Source: Candidatus Micrarchaeota archaeon
GTDB lineage: Archaea > Micrarchaeota > Micrarchaeia > Micrarchaeales > CABMGC01
NCBI GenBank assembly: GCA_021804105.1
Contig: JAJZKP010000003.1
Span: forward strand, 1 to 62,973
Direction of reading: 5' to 3'
Length of the DNA: 62,973 nucleotides
Both the position numbers and the translations under genes were made by a program. Below are positions 1 to 9,434 of the stretch, in pieces. Positions within the stretch are counted from its first letter, which is position 1, and each line of letters opens with the position of its first letter. A model generated the notes under the pieces. That model was not told the origin of the DNA. It ran no database searches and was given only the letters and a program-made list of their open reading frames with translations.

Positions 1-42
1 AAGAGATATATTAGTGTACTTTCAATATCGTGAATATTCAAA

Positions 43-117
43 GCTCCTATCGTCTAGTCCGGTCAAGGACGCAGGCCTCTCACGCCTGCGACTCGGGTTC
101 AAATCCCGATGGGAGCA
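43..117 (+). tRNA. tRNA-Glu (CTC)
   Basis: Cloverleaf: acceptor GCTCCTA/TGGGAGC, anticodon arm CAGGC-CT-CTC-AC-GCCTG, T-loop GGTTCAAATCC; CCA not encoded. Confidence 0.96.
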
Positions 118-314
118 CTCAAAATTCATGGTTATATGTAAGTCGATGAGGTGTTCGCCTGTTTTTATTGTCGAGGCTAAGTCTTGTCGTCTGAACTTCT
201 TACCATTAAAGATCCCCTACAAAACTACAACGTAATCTAAAGATATGGAGACTTCTTGACCATTCTTGGTAAGTTTCTAAATGTATCCGTACACGTAGAC
301 AAAGTCTTATAAAT

Positions 315-848
315 ATGACTGGTGATTCATATATCATGGCAAACGCTTGGTCTGCAATACGTGCGTTGCGTCTTGTATTGGAACAGAGAAAGTACCTGGT
401 TACATTTCTCATTATCGGCGTGCTGTTCTTTATCGGATATGGATATTTGCTTTTACCTTCTTCGATAAATCTTGCAGGGCCCAAGATAGCAATTGGGTTG
501 AATGCTTATTCCCTCATAGTAGCGGCATCAATGGGCATACTCTTTGCATTGTCAGTGGTAATGAGTGCCTTTGCTTTTAAGAGGAATGGCGCATCAACAG
601 GCAAGTTGGGGATTGGTGCGGTAGTTGCAGCGATAATACCTGGCAGTCTGTGCTGTACCACACTTATACCCAGCATGTTGGCAGTATTGGGCGCATCTAC
701 GTCTACAATAATAAACACTACGGGTGCATTGCAAGGCCCATTTGCTGCATATGAAACGCCTTTAATAGTGATTTCAATTGGTTTTCTCTTGCTAAGCGTC
801 ATCCTTACATCAAGAAGCATAGCTAAATGTTGTGTGGTGAAGAAATGA
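315..848 (+). CDS. MerT/MerF-like mercuric ion transport membrane protein
   Basis: 4 hydrophobic helices, intramembrane Cys pair (SLCCTT), C-terminal KCC; first gene of an operon ending in merA. Confidence 0.65.
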   Translation: MTGDSYIMANAWSAIRALRLVLEQRKYLVTFLIIGVLFFIGYGYLLLPSSINLAGPKIAIGLNAYSLIVAASMGILFALSVVMSAFAFKRNGASTGKLGIGAVVAAIIPGSLCCTTLIPSMLAVLGASTSTIINTTGALQGPFAAYETPLIVISIGFLLLSVILTSRSIAKCCVVKK

Positions 849-1402
849 GGAAGATTATTTTAATGGCGGCAGTGATAGCAGTGGTAGTAGTAGCTGTTGC
901 CATCGTACTCTTTGTGCATGACTCAAAAGGCACAGGCGTAAAATTGCAGAACGTAACTTCCGGCGAACTTGCGCCGAATTATGAATTCCTTATAGCCAAT
1001 GGCTCCGTTGCCAACTTGACATCATATAGAGGCCATGTCACGTTGCTATGGTTTGTAGCCACTTGGTGCTCCAGCTGCGCGCAGGGCAATGAGGAGCTAA
1101 ATCAGAACTATCAGTTTTTCAGGCAGCATGGAATAAAGGTTGTTGAGCTGGAGCTCTATAAGGACCTGGGATATGGTGGTCCCGATATAGCAAGCTTTGT
1201 GTATTCGTATGCGCCAACGGCATATGCCAACAATACGATAATACCTGCACTGGCAGGATATAATATGACTGAATCATACGACCCGAAAGGCTATCTTGAT
1301 ATATATTATCTTGTTTCAAGCAATGGCAAGGTACTTTATGTAAACAGCTCCCTTGCATCAACCCTGGGCCAACTTGAGCATGCCATAAATGTTTCTGAAT
1401 AG
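845..1402 (+). CDS. Membrane-anchored TlpA/redoxin-family thioredoxin-fold protein
   Basis: N-terminal anchor, APNYEF...FVATWCSSC motif; ATG at 845 overlaps the upstream stop (ATGA). Confidence 0.8.
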   Translation: MRKIILMAAVIAVVVVAVAIVLFVHDSKGTGVKLQNVTSGELAPNYEFLIANGSVANLTSYRGHVTLLWFVATWCSSCAQGNEELNQNYQFFRQHGIKVVELELYKDLGYGGPDIASFVYSYAPTAYANNTIIPALAGYNMTESYDPKGYLDIYYLVSSNGKVLYVNSSLASTLGQLEHAINVSE

Positions 1403-1409
1403 TGGTATT

Positions 1410-1742
1410 ATGGATAAACTAGGGGTAAAGACGTTCTTCTTTGCTATAGGCAACTACAGCAGGTTCAGCATACTTACTGCCTTAACAGAAAGAGACATGA
1501 ACGTAAGCGAGATTGTCAAGGCAACAGGCATAGAGCAGAGTAATGTATCGCACCACATGGACTGCCTTTTGAATTGCGGTTTTGTAAACGTAAGGAAAGA
1601 TGGCAAGGCACGCATATACAGCATTAACGCAGAGGCAAGGCCGATAATAAGCGGAATATTGAAACACATACAGAGATACAGTCATGAAATAATGACCTGC
1701 GACTTGGCAAATAAGGAGTACATTTCTAAGGTGATTGAATAG
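1410..1742 (+). CDS. ArsR/SmtB family metal-responsive repressor (probable mer regulator)
   Basis: wHTH NVSEIVKATGIEQSNVSHHMDCLLNCGFV...RKDGKARIYS, with Cys residues. Confidence 0.9.
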   Translation: MDKLGVKTFFFAIGNYSRFSILTALTERDMNVSEIVKATGIEQSNVSHHMDCLLNCGFVNVRKDGKARIYSINAEARPIISGILKHIQRYSHEIMTCDLANKEYISKVIE

Positions 1743-3154
1743 GAGGGTTCGAATACGCAATATTAGGTCAGGGATCTGCAGCATTCGCTGCTGCAATAAA
1801 AGCAGACAGTTTAGGGATTAAGACTATAATGATCGGAAAGGGCGCCACTAAAGGCGCTGTTTTAGGAGGCACATGCATCAATGTAGGCTGCGTGCCAAGC
1901 AAGAGGCTCATAGCTGTAAGCTCCTTCATGGAAGAGTTGGGACAGAAGAGGTTCGGTGGCCTAAGCTATAGTATAGGGAAGCCCGATTACGCCAGGATAA
2001 TGGATGAAAAAACGCGCTTGGTAGATGAACTGAGAAAAGAGAAATACAAAGATGTCTTGGAGAGCCTGGAAAATGTTACTTATATCAATGAGACTGCATC
2101 GTTCGTTGATAAGAATACCGTAAAGGCAGGTAGGAATGAGGTAAATGCAAAGAGCATAATGATAGCCACAGGAGCTCGCGCGGCTGTTCCGCAGATAAAA
2201 GGAATAGAAAAGTCAACATATCTTACTAACGAAGAGGCGTTGTCACTTAGGAAGCTGCCCGAGTCAATCATAGTGATAGGGGGGCGGGCAATTGGCCTGG
2301 AATTCGCCCAGATGTTTGCGAATCTTGGGGTAAAAGTGACGCTGTTGCAAAGAAGTGATAGGATAATACCAAACTGGGAACCTGAAGTTAGCAGCCATCT
2401 TACCTCTTATCTGAAGGCAAGCGGTGTGAAGCTGGTTACAGGAGCTGCGCTGGTTAGCATTGTGGCAAGCAAAAGGAATAAGGCAATAGAGGCTATGGTA
2501 AACGGCAGGCAAACCGTTTTTGAGGCTGAAGAAGTACTGTTCGCTACTGGTCGACATGCAAACACAGAAAGCTTGAACCTGGATGTTGCTGGAGTGCAGC
2601 TGAATGCCAAGGGATTCATAAAAGTCGATAAACAACTTAAAACCACGGCAGATGGCATATATGCTGCGGGGGATGTAACTGGAGAGCCTATGCTCGAGAC
2701 TCTGGCGGCCAAGGAAGGCAATATAGCCACCGCAAATCTATTCCAACATGCCGGGAAAGAGGTAAACATTAACGAGGTGCCCAGTGCAATATTCACTTAT
2801 CCCGAAGCTGCCATGGTGGGCCTGACCGAGGAGCAGGTTGTAAATAATGGAATAAGATGCGCGTGCAGTCCCCTTGAAATGAAGCTGGTGCCAAAGGCAA
2901 GAATAATAGGGGACCAAAGAGGCTTAGTAAAGATAGTAATTGATAACAAAACCAAGAAGATACTAGGCGTGCATATGCTCGCGCCGCATGCGGCAGATAT
3001 GATACATGAGGGGGTGCTTGCAGTCAAGTTTGGGCTTACTGTAGATGACATAATAGATACGGTCCATGTCTTCCCTACGCTTAGCGAAGGGTTCAAACTG
3101 GCGGCGCAGGCTTTCTATGAGGATGTTTCTAAGCTGAGCTGTTGCACTGCATAG
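1739..3154 (+). CDS. merA: Mercuric reductase MerA (no NmerA domain); start extended to ATA at 1739
   Basis: GGTCINVGCVPSK redox motif and C-terminal SCCTA Cys pair; FAD-binding ILGQGSAAFAAA lies in frame upstream of the first ATG (1829). Confidence 0.92.
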   Translation: MGGFEYAILGQGSAAFAAAIKADSLGIKTIMIGKGATKGAVLGGTCINVGCVPSKRLIAVSSFMEELGQKRFGGLSYSIGKPDYARIMDEKTRLVDELRKEKYKDVLESLENVTYINETASFVDKNTVKAGRNEVNAKSIMIATGARAAVPQIKGIEKSTYLTNEEALSLRKLPESIIVIGGRAIGLEFAQMFANLGVKVTLLQRSDRIIPNWEPEVSSHLTSYLKASGVKLVTGAALVSIVASKRNKAIEAMVNGRQTVFEAEEVLFATGRHANTESLNLDVAGVQLNAKGFIKVDKQLKTTADGIYAAGDVTGEPMLETLAAKEGNIATANLFQHAGKEVNINEVPSAIFTYPEAAMVGLTEEQVVNNGIRCACSPLEMKLVPKARIIGDQRGLVKIVIDNKTKKILGVHMLAPHAADMIHEGVLAVKFGLTVDDIIDTVHVFPTLSEGFKLAAQAFYEDVSKLSCCTA

Positions 3155-3340
3155 AACATATGATGAGAGAGCAGATAGCAACGCGTATGAAGGCTTCATG
3201 CAATAATTAGGCAATATGGATGGTTTATGCTTTGCATGATCGCACTATTACGCAAGAATTTCCTGAGGGCAAATCAGTCGCTCATGCAACCATGCATATG
3301 GCCCCATATACGCATGCCGATGCGCTAACTAATGGTTTCA

Positions 3341-3982
3341 TCAGTTAGTTGATGCTGTAGATATACCAGGATCAGCACGCCTTAACGCACCGTAATCGTG
3401 GTTTAGCGTTCTCTCGATCTGACCTATTACGCTCACTTTCTCATCATCTTCAAGTCTGAGTATTACTTTAAGCGCAGTAAGGTCTTCGCGTATTATTCCC
3501 GCGAGCTCTTTCTTTCCACCAACGGACCTCAGGTCAAGTTCCTTAAGCCTTTCCAAGCCGTCCTTGTAGCGGAAATTCTCTCCGTTCTCGCCCTTTGCCT
3601 TGCCTGGGCCAAAAGGAAACTTTATCCCGTATCTGGATTTTACCGAGGTCACAAGCTTTTCTACGGCGCCGCTTGCTATAGTTTCTGTATCAGTTATCCT
3701 TTCCAAGCCCCGTTTTATCGCAAGGTCAAAGAGCGCCCGTTCCCTAAACCCTCTCGCTCCGGCTCTTGCCATGGCTACTAGGTGCGCGGTTGTCTTGCCT
3801 GTTGTGCCGGCATTCCTACGCGCAAGCATATTGAAATTGCCTGACCACGCCATGCTTGATGCAAGGGTAGGGCTGTACAGTATGTGGCGTGCAAGGCTCT
3901 CGGCCGTATCCCTGGGAATCTCGCTAGACGGTCTTAGCCTGGCTTCTGGCCTAACACGCGTAGGCATGCGATAAACCTCCAC
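3341..3982 (-). CDS. Hypothetical protein
   Basis: 213-aa ORF filling the gap; no motif recognised. Confidence 0.6.
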   Translation of the reverse strand: MEVYRMPTRVRPEARLRPSSEIPRDTAESLARHILYSPTLASSMAWSGNFNMLARRNAGTTGKTTAHLVAMARAGARGFRERALFDLAIKRGLERITDTETIASGAVEKLVTSVKSRYGIKFPFGPGKAKGENGENFRYKDGLERLKELDLRSVGGKKELAGIIREDLTALKVILRLEDDEKVSVIGQIERTLNHDYGALRRADPGISTASTN

Positions 3983-4086
3983 AATAAGATAAACAAGCGG
4001 CTGGCCTACTTATAAGGATTTACTACAGAATTGGTAAAGACATATGAAATCTTTATATTGGTACCCGGCATAGAGTAATCATTTCT

Positions 4087-4158
4087 GCCCCAGTAGCTCA
4101 GTGGTAGAGCGCCAGTTTTGTAAACTGGATGTCGAGGGTTCGATTCCCTTCTGGGGCT
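4087..4158 (+). tRNA. tRNA-Thr (TGT)
   Basis: Acceptor GCCCCAG/CTGGGGC, anticodon arm CCAGT-TT-TGT-AA-ACTGG, T-loop GGTTCGATTCC. Confidence 0.96.
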
Positions 4159-4208
4159 TCCGGCATTTCATCCGGGCTCAGCGGTTTTAAATAGCTTGAC
4201 AAGGCAAT

Positions 4209-4709
4209 GTGTTTATGGCCAATATGAAGCTTAAGAGATATGGGCTGGAAGCCGTAGCCAAGATTCTGATATTTGTGGGATTCCTCTTCGTCCTCTTTTC
4301 CTGGGCTGCCAGCGCCTATTATTTAGGGCCAATAGGCAAGTTTGCTCTGTTTCTGGTACCACTCATATTCACATGCGTGCTGGCCGTGCTTCTTTTGGTG
4401 ATCAGATACAGATACACACTATTTGAGGGATATCCGTATCTTATGAGCCTTCCGTCGTTGTTTTACCATATAAAAGAGAGGAAGGGATCTGACAACAGGG
4501 GTATTGCGTTTAGCATGATATTCACAGTGCATGCACTGGTGATTGCCTTTTTGGGGATTATGAGCCTTGTCCTGGTGGTCAGCATAGGGTCTAGCATTAG
4601 GAGCGGCATGGCGTCGGTGATCTTATACCCGTATTTGCTTATAATTGCAATTCTCATCGTCTCGGTATTGCTGCAGTACCGCAGGATCTACATCAGGTTT
4701 GTTAAGTAG
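4209..4709 (+). CDS. Hypothetical 4-TM membrane protein
   Basis: Four hydrophobic segments. Confidence 0.7.
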   Translation: MFMANMKLKRYGLEAVAKILIFVGFLFVLFSWAASAYYLGPIGKFALFLVPLIFTCVLAVLLLVIRYRYTLFEGYPYLMSLPSLFYHIKERKGSDNRGIAFSMIFTVHALVIAFLGIMSLVLVVSIGSSIRSGMASVILYPYLLIIAILIVSVLLQYRRIYIRFVK

Positions 4710-4847
4710 GCCATAGCAAAGATTTGTTGTGCGAGAAACAGGAGCATTGCATAAATTATTTAATGTCAATAGCAATAGAGTATCTGTTGGGTAGATAATA
4801 TTTCGATAGGAGACGACATAAAAGACTTTTTTGTCAAGCAGTTCGTC

Positions 4848-5915
4848 ATGCCTAACATGTTCCTTTCGGATATTCCAGGCTACCTGATTGGCAGATATCA
4901 CGACTTTCAAGGGGAGGCAGTCTATGTAAGAAATACCTTCCTTTCAGAGTCATTTTTTCTCAAGCTTGAGGAGAAGGTATCGCGCACCATGGGCAGCGAC
5001 GGGCTTGCAAAGTTATACGGAGCAGGAAAGAGGTATGGCTATAGGTTCTGCTCCCTTGTAAGGCTGCCGAGATCTGAAGTCAAGTTCTCGGTAAGATTGC
5101 TCTACGAGTTCATTGAGGCAATATATGCAGATAGCATAGATACCAATGTCGATATGGAGCAGAAGGTGCTCACAATAACTACAAAGAACCTCGCCGTAAC
5201 GCGCGTGAATGGGGGCGGCTTTCCGATTGTTGGGGGAAGCGCAGGAGTATGGGCCTACTTGCTAGGGGATTTTGACACGATTGAGTGCGGCGTTACCCAC
5301 ATTGCTGATGACAGGTATGTGTTGGTATGCGGGCCCCCAGAAAGGCTAAGGGAGAGTGGGATCAATTTCTACGAATCCCGCGGAGCGCCAGACATGGGAG
5401 ATATGACGCTATATAGGCAACTGAACCAACCGCCAGACATAATATCCCCAACAGCATGCAACCTGGAGAGGCTGTTAAGGGAGAGTATCCTGTCAAATGG
5501 GCATGGCTCGCTTCAGTTTGAGTTTCCTCATGAGCGTATGCTGTCTACCGAGATATCGCTGCCATATGAGCTTGAATCTCTTTTGGGAAGCCAGATCCTG
5601 TATGAGTCGGCCAGGGAGTCCTTTGAGCTGATAGGCAAGGACGTGCCTAAGCAACAAGACAGATATTCATTCCTGGCGGACATGCTTACTGCATTCGGAT
5701 ACGGTATCGTCACTGTTGGGAGAGGCGTTAATTCTGAGGAGTTCAGGTTTGCCGGTGCTCCTTGGTATAGCTCTGCGAAGGATTCCGACTTTCCGATATT
5801 AAGGGGCGCCATTGAAGGCTTTATAGCAGGGCAAACCGAGAGTCAAGTCAAGGCAGTCTATGTGAAGTCGGAATTGCGCGACAATCTGACTGTGCATATA
5901 GATGCAATCGTATGA
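4848..5915 (+). CDS. Hypothetical protein with two V4R-like halves
   Basis: LYGAGKRYG...GGSAGVW and LYESARESF...AFGYG...ILRGAIEGF patterns resemble V4R/HNOB-like domains. Confidence 0.5.
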   Translation: MPNMFLSDIPGYLIGRYHDFQGEAVYVRNTFLSESFFLKLEEKVSRTMGSDGLAKLYGAGKRYGYRFCSLVRLPRSEVKFSVRLLYEFIEAIYADSIDTNVDMEQKVLTITTKNLAVTRVNGGGFPIVGGSAGVWAYLLGDFDTIECGVTHIADDRYVLVCGPPERLRESGINFYESRGAPDMGDMTLYRQLNQPPDIISPTACNLERLLRESILSNGHGSLQFEFPHERMLSTEISLPYELESLLGSQILYESARESFELIGKDVPKQQDRYSFLADMLTAFGYGIVTVGRGVNSEEFRFAGAPWYSSAKDSDFPILRGAIEGFIAGQTESQVKAVYVKSELRDNLTVHIDAIV

Positions 5916-6006
5916 CAAACTTTTTGGGATTTAGCATTAAGGCATGTGTCACTTAAGGCGGCGTTGGGCTGTTTTGCTTGAATGGGCTTGCAAGAGCCTT
6001 GGCAGG

Positions 6007-6930
6007 TCAGAAGAGCTTAATAAGGAAGAATCCCAGGACAAAACTAACAATGGCAGTAGATATCCATGATGCAATTATTGTAATGGCTGGCCTTCTCCTC
6101 AACAGCCTTGTTTTATAGCTAAGGCCGGCGCCGTACAAGCTTGCTGTGAAAGTCTGCGTGTTCGATGCTGGTATGCTGAACATAGTTGCGATTTGCACTA
6201 TGGCCACAGACATAGCCTGGGATACCAGAGCGTTGAGGTACCTTAGGGGCAGTATCTCATTGCCCATTCTCTTAAGCTCGCCGGAACTAAGGAGGACGCT
6301 GCCGGAAATTATTGCAACTATGGCTATAAGCGCGCTATACAGCGGACTTATTATTCCTGAGGTGGATGCAAATACAAACCCTATAGTGTTTGCTCCAAGA
6401 ACGAAAGCACTTAAGAATGACGCAATCACAAGGAGAAGTTTCATCCTGCGCACGGCGACCCAGACACGCGCCTTTGGCAGCGCCTTGAATGCCAGTTTCA
6501 TTATGGCAATGGTGGCTACTCCGGCAAACAGGGCGGATATGATCCAGAACACAAGAACATCGGTAACAAAGGCGCCGTTTATTGCAGAACCAACGCCATA
6601 GCCAAGTCCGAGGATAACGGCAGTAAACGTAACGGATAGCGAATGCGGCACCCTGAGGAGATGCGCTATGACGAATACCACAAGAGTGACTGCAAGGGAG
6701 AGTGCAACCATGTAAGCCGAGTGGATGGGCATGAGGGCGAGCAGGCCGGTCTTGAGCAGCTGTCCTTCAAGGAGATAGCCTGCAGCATATCCCAGGATAG
6801 CCATGGCTATTCCAGTTTTCTTGCTCACTATGCCGCTCGATATTATTGGGCCGCAGCATACGGGCAGGTTGTTGCCAGAGACAATGGCGACAAGGAGAAA
6901 GGAGAGGATGTATATCAAAAGCAGTATCAA
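6007..6930 (-). CDS. PiT family inorganic phosphate transporter
   Basis: SGNN and LGANT signature repeats, multi-TM, adjacent to DUF47. Confidence 0.85.
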   Translation of the reverse strand: MILLLIYILSFLLVAIVSGNNLPVCCGPIISSGIVSKKTGIAMAILGYAAGYLLEGQLLKTGLLALMPIHSAYMVALSLAVTLVVFVIAHLLRVPHSLSVTFTAVILGLGYGVGSAINGAFVTDVLVFWIISALFAGVATIAIMKLAFKALPKARVWVAVRRMKLLLVIASFLSAFVLGANTIGFVFASTSGIISPLYSALIAIVAIISGSVLLSSGELKRMGNEILPLRYLNALVSQAMSVAIVQIATMFSIPASNTQTFTASLYGAGLSYKTRLLRRRPAITIIASWISTAIVSFVLGFFLIKLF

Positions 6931-6937
6931 TGAACCA

Positions 6938-7576
6938 CTAGGTCAGTATTGAGCGCATCATGCTCTCTATCATATCGGACGTATCTTCGCAGCCATCGAG
7001 GACTTCGTCCGCAAGGAAAGCTACGCTTTGTATGTAGTGGAATGATTTAAAATCTATGCCTTTCGTCTTTGCGGCGTAGTCTAGCATCGAGTCTTTTATG
7101 TCGTCTCCTTTCTGCTCCACCTGCTCTATCCGCTCCCTGAGCTTTCTGGCCTGCTCAAGTGTTTGCACCTTATGCATCTCATAGAGCAGCACCAAGGCGT
7201 TGTTTATTAGGTTGGAGAGCATTAGAAGATTTGACTTGACGTATTCGTCGGCCTTCTTGTTCGAGCCTTTGTACCTGACAGCTACCCTTGCAAGGTTGAA
7301 TAGCGCATCGACTATATCGTCCTCGCGGTTGACGAATCGCAACATGTCGTCGACAAGATTTGGGGCTATGGCACCTGATGTAACAGAATTTGCAATCTCG
7401 AATACCTCTTTGTCCGCATTACTCTCTATTGTCTTGACTCCGCTCAGGTCGTTAGATCCGTTTGCTATTCTGGCGAGCATCTTATTCTCAGCAACTGCCT
7501 GGTCTATTATTTTCTTTCCCCTTTCCACCACGTGCCTTTCGGTGCTTCCGTCGAATATCCTGGTCAGGAGATCCAT
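6938..7576 (-). CDS. DUF47/PhoU-like phosphate transport regulator
   Basis: IESNAD...EDDIVD and EQKGDDIK...DGCEDTSD repeats; operonic with PiT; start set at MDLLTR. Confidence 0.85.
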   Translation of the reverse strand: MDLLTRIFDGSTERHVVERGKKIIDQAVAENKMLARIANGSNDLSGVKTIESNADKEVFEIANSVTSGAIAPNLVDDMLRFVNREDDIVDALFNLARVAVRYKGSNKKADEYVKSNLLMLSNLINNALVLLYEMHKVQTLEQARKLRERIEQVEQKGDDIKDSMLDYAAKTKGIDFKSFHYIQSVAFLADEVLDGCEDTSDMIESMMRSILT

Positions 7577-7719
7577 ATCATCGCCGGTTCTTGCCAGGCA
7601 TTTAATCCTGGCAAGTGAGAGTCTCTGCCAACGCATATAAAAGGTTGCTGCAACCGCTGCAGAGAAGGTTTTTAACTTTTTTGAGAGGTTAGCTCCTGCA
7701 GACCTAGGGGGTCGGATTT

Positions 7720-8232
7720 ATGGCAGCTGCACAAAGACAGCGGAAGTTACCAGTGCTTGGACCTGATCTATTTAAGGAGCAGCTCAGAGACACGTGTACA
7801 ATGGAAGAAGTCAGCAAAGTCGTGTTGGGCATACTCGAGGATGTCAGGGAGGCTGGGGCGGAAAGGATAGGTTATGTATCCGGCATGATATCTTCAGATG
7901 GACCAGGTTTTGTAGAGAGGAATATAAAAAGGCTGGCGGGATATGCAGAGGTGATAAGAGGCAGAGAACATTTCCCAGTATTCTCCCCCACGGACGTTCT
8001 TTTCAATGAATTGTATGTTAGGTTGAAGCATGAAACAGAGCCAAGATGGTATTGGTTCTGGGAGACCATCCTCTCGGGAGGTCAGGTAACTGATGTGTTC
8101 TTCACGCCAAGGTGGGAGAGCTCGCTGGGGGCTCGGGATGAGGAGAGGGTGGCAAGAAAGATAGGATTGAATAGGCACTACTTGGAAAATGACCCGTTAC
8201 TACTTAGCATTAAGGATGCTGTTCGTAGATGA
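7720..8232 (+). CDS. DUF4406-like / nucleoside deoxyribosyltransferase-fold protein
   Basis: IGYVSGMIS, VFSP, WESSLGARDEERVA motifs. Confidence 0.55.
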   Translation: MAAAQRQRKLPVLGPDLFKEQLRDTCTMEEVSKVVLGILEDVREAGAERIGYVSGMISSDGPGFVERNIKRLAGYAEVIRGREHFPVFSPTDVLFNELYVRLKHETEPRWYWFWETILSGGQVTDVFFTPRWESSLGARDEERVARKIGLNRHYLENDPLLLSIKDAVRR

Positions 8233-9192
8233 TCAGACATGCGATGATGCTTTAGACTTATAGTATGCGAGTACCGAGTCGGACATTATCGGATCCGGGT
8301 CTGCGCCTAACGCCCTAGCGATTCTGCACATAGAATCGCTGTTGAGCTGGAGATCCATGCTGTATAGGTAATATAATGCAATTATGTAGATAACAGGGTT
8401 CTTGAATTGTAATGGTTCAAATTCTTTGAGAAGCCCCGCCTGCGGCTCGATGCCCATCGACTTTATGAGCAATGATATATTATCGACGGTCATCTCCCTG
8501 CCTGCAAAGGCGAGGCTGCCGATAGCAGTAAGGTATGGTAATGCCTCAGGCCCGATTGCAAAGTGAGCCGAACTTGCTTCTATTATGGAGTTGAGTTCGC
8601 GGATGGCAAGCTCAGACATGTCATTGGAAAGGTCAATCATGCCCAGATACAGCTTCTTGAAGAACTTCTCATCGGCACCGCCTTGGTTCATCTTGGTGCT
8701 GATGAAATTATACGATCCCTGCAGGTACTCTCTGGAATATTCGATCACGTATCCGGCTATCCTGTGATCCGGTGGCACGCCCATGCTCCTCACTATCTCC
8801 ACCACTAGGTCTATAGTAGGTTCCCTGCCATTGGCTTTTGCGAAATATACGGCATTTACATATATTAGATCGTTCTTGTAGTTGAGCTTGCTAATGGCAT
8901 CAAGATAATCCACATTAGGCTCTTTTCCCACAGCCCGTATCAAGTCCGATATTCCCTCTGCGGTTATGTCCCTCCCGGAGAATGCGAGAGCTCCAGCAGC
9001 AGCTATGTAACCTATTATGCCCTGGTCCATATGTGACATCACTACTGGGGCATAGGTGGCACGCAGGAGCTCCATGGTGATTATGTTGGCACATGTACCC
9101 ATGCCATTCCTTATGGCTTTGGCAGCTATCTGCTCGATCTCTTCAGATGTGATTGCAGAGTCAGGCTTTTCCGAGTAATTCATTCCATTCAC
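8233..9192 (-). CDS. Protein with four tandem ribosomal stalk aP1/L12p N-terminal-like domains
   Basis: Four gapless matches to the pattern Y-x2-A-x3-L-x3-G-(K/R)-(E/D)-I-x4-(L/I)-x2-(V/L)-(L/I)-x3-G-x-(E/D)-P; GGTGAT SD before the GTG start. Confidence 0.7.
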   Translation of the reverse strand: MNGMNYSEKPDSAITSEEIEQIAAKAIRNGMGTCANIITMELLRATYAPVVMSHMDQGIIGYIAAAGALAFSGRDITAEGISDLIRAVGKEPNVDYLDAISKLNYKNDLIYVNAVYFAKANGREPTIDLVVEIVRSMGVPPDHRIAGYVIEYSREYLQGSYNFISTKMNQGGADEKFFKKLYLGMIDLSNDMSELAIRELNSIIEASSAHFAIGPEALPYLTAIGSLAFAGREMTVDNISLLIKSMGIEPQAGLLKEFEPLQFKNPVIYIIALYYLYSMDLQLNSDSMCRIARALGADPDPIMSDSVLAYYKSKASSHV

Positions 9193-9434
9193 GTGGCATC
9201 ACCGCTGCTAAAGCATATGGTGCAGGATTCTCTTGAAAGGTCGGGTTGCATGTCTATCCCTGCCTGGCGTTTAGACCCTGAATAGAGCCAGAAGTTATAC
9301 GACCTTGCAGGACCCATGTTGTTTATGCCGTCATTTATGTTTATATGCCTTTTTCCGCGTCCCGCGGTTCGTTCTAGCTCAATACATAAATGATATAGGA
9401 CTTCCGCTTATGCTTTTAAATCTGCGCAAGTCAG

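Noticed and set aside
14-235. 73-aa ORF
   Set aside because: Overlaps tRNA-Glu; spurious.
3155-3340. Possible attR (tRNA-Glu 3' copy) closing the mer island; several ATGCA motifs
   Set aside because: Best match GATGAGAGAGCA is gapped and weak; no regular repeat period.
4159-4185. TCCGGGCT as a tRNA-Thr 3' duplicate
   Set aside because: Too short to distinguish from chance.
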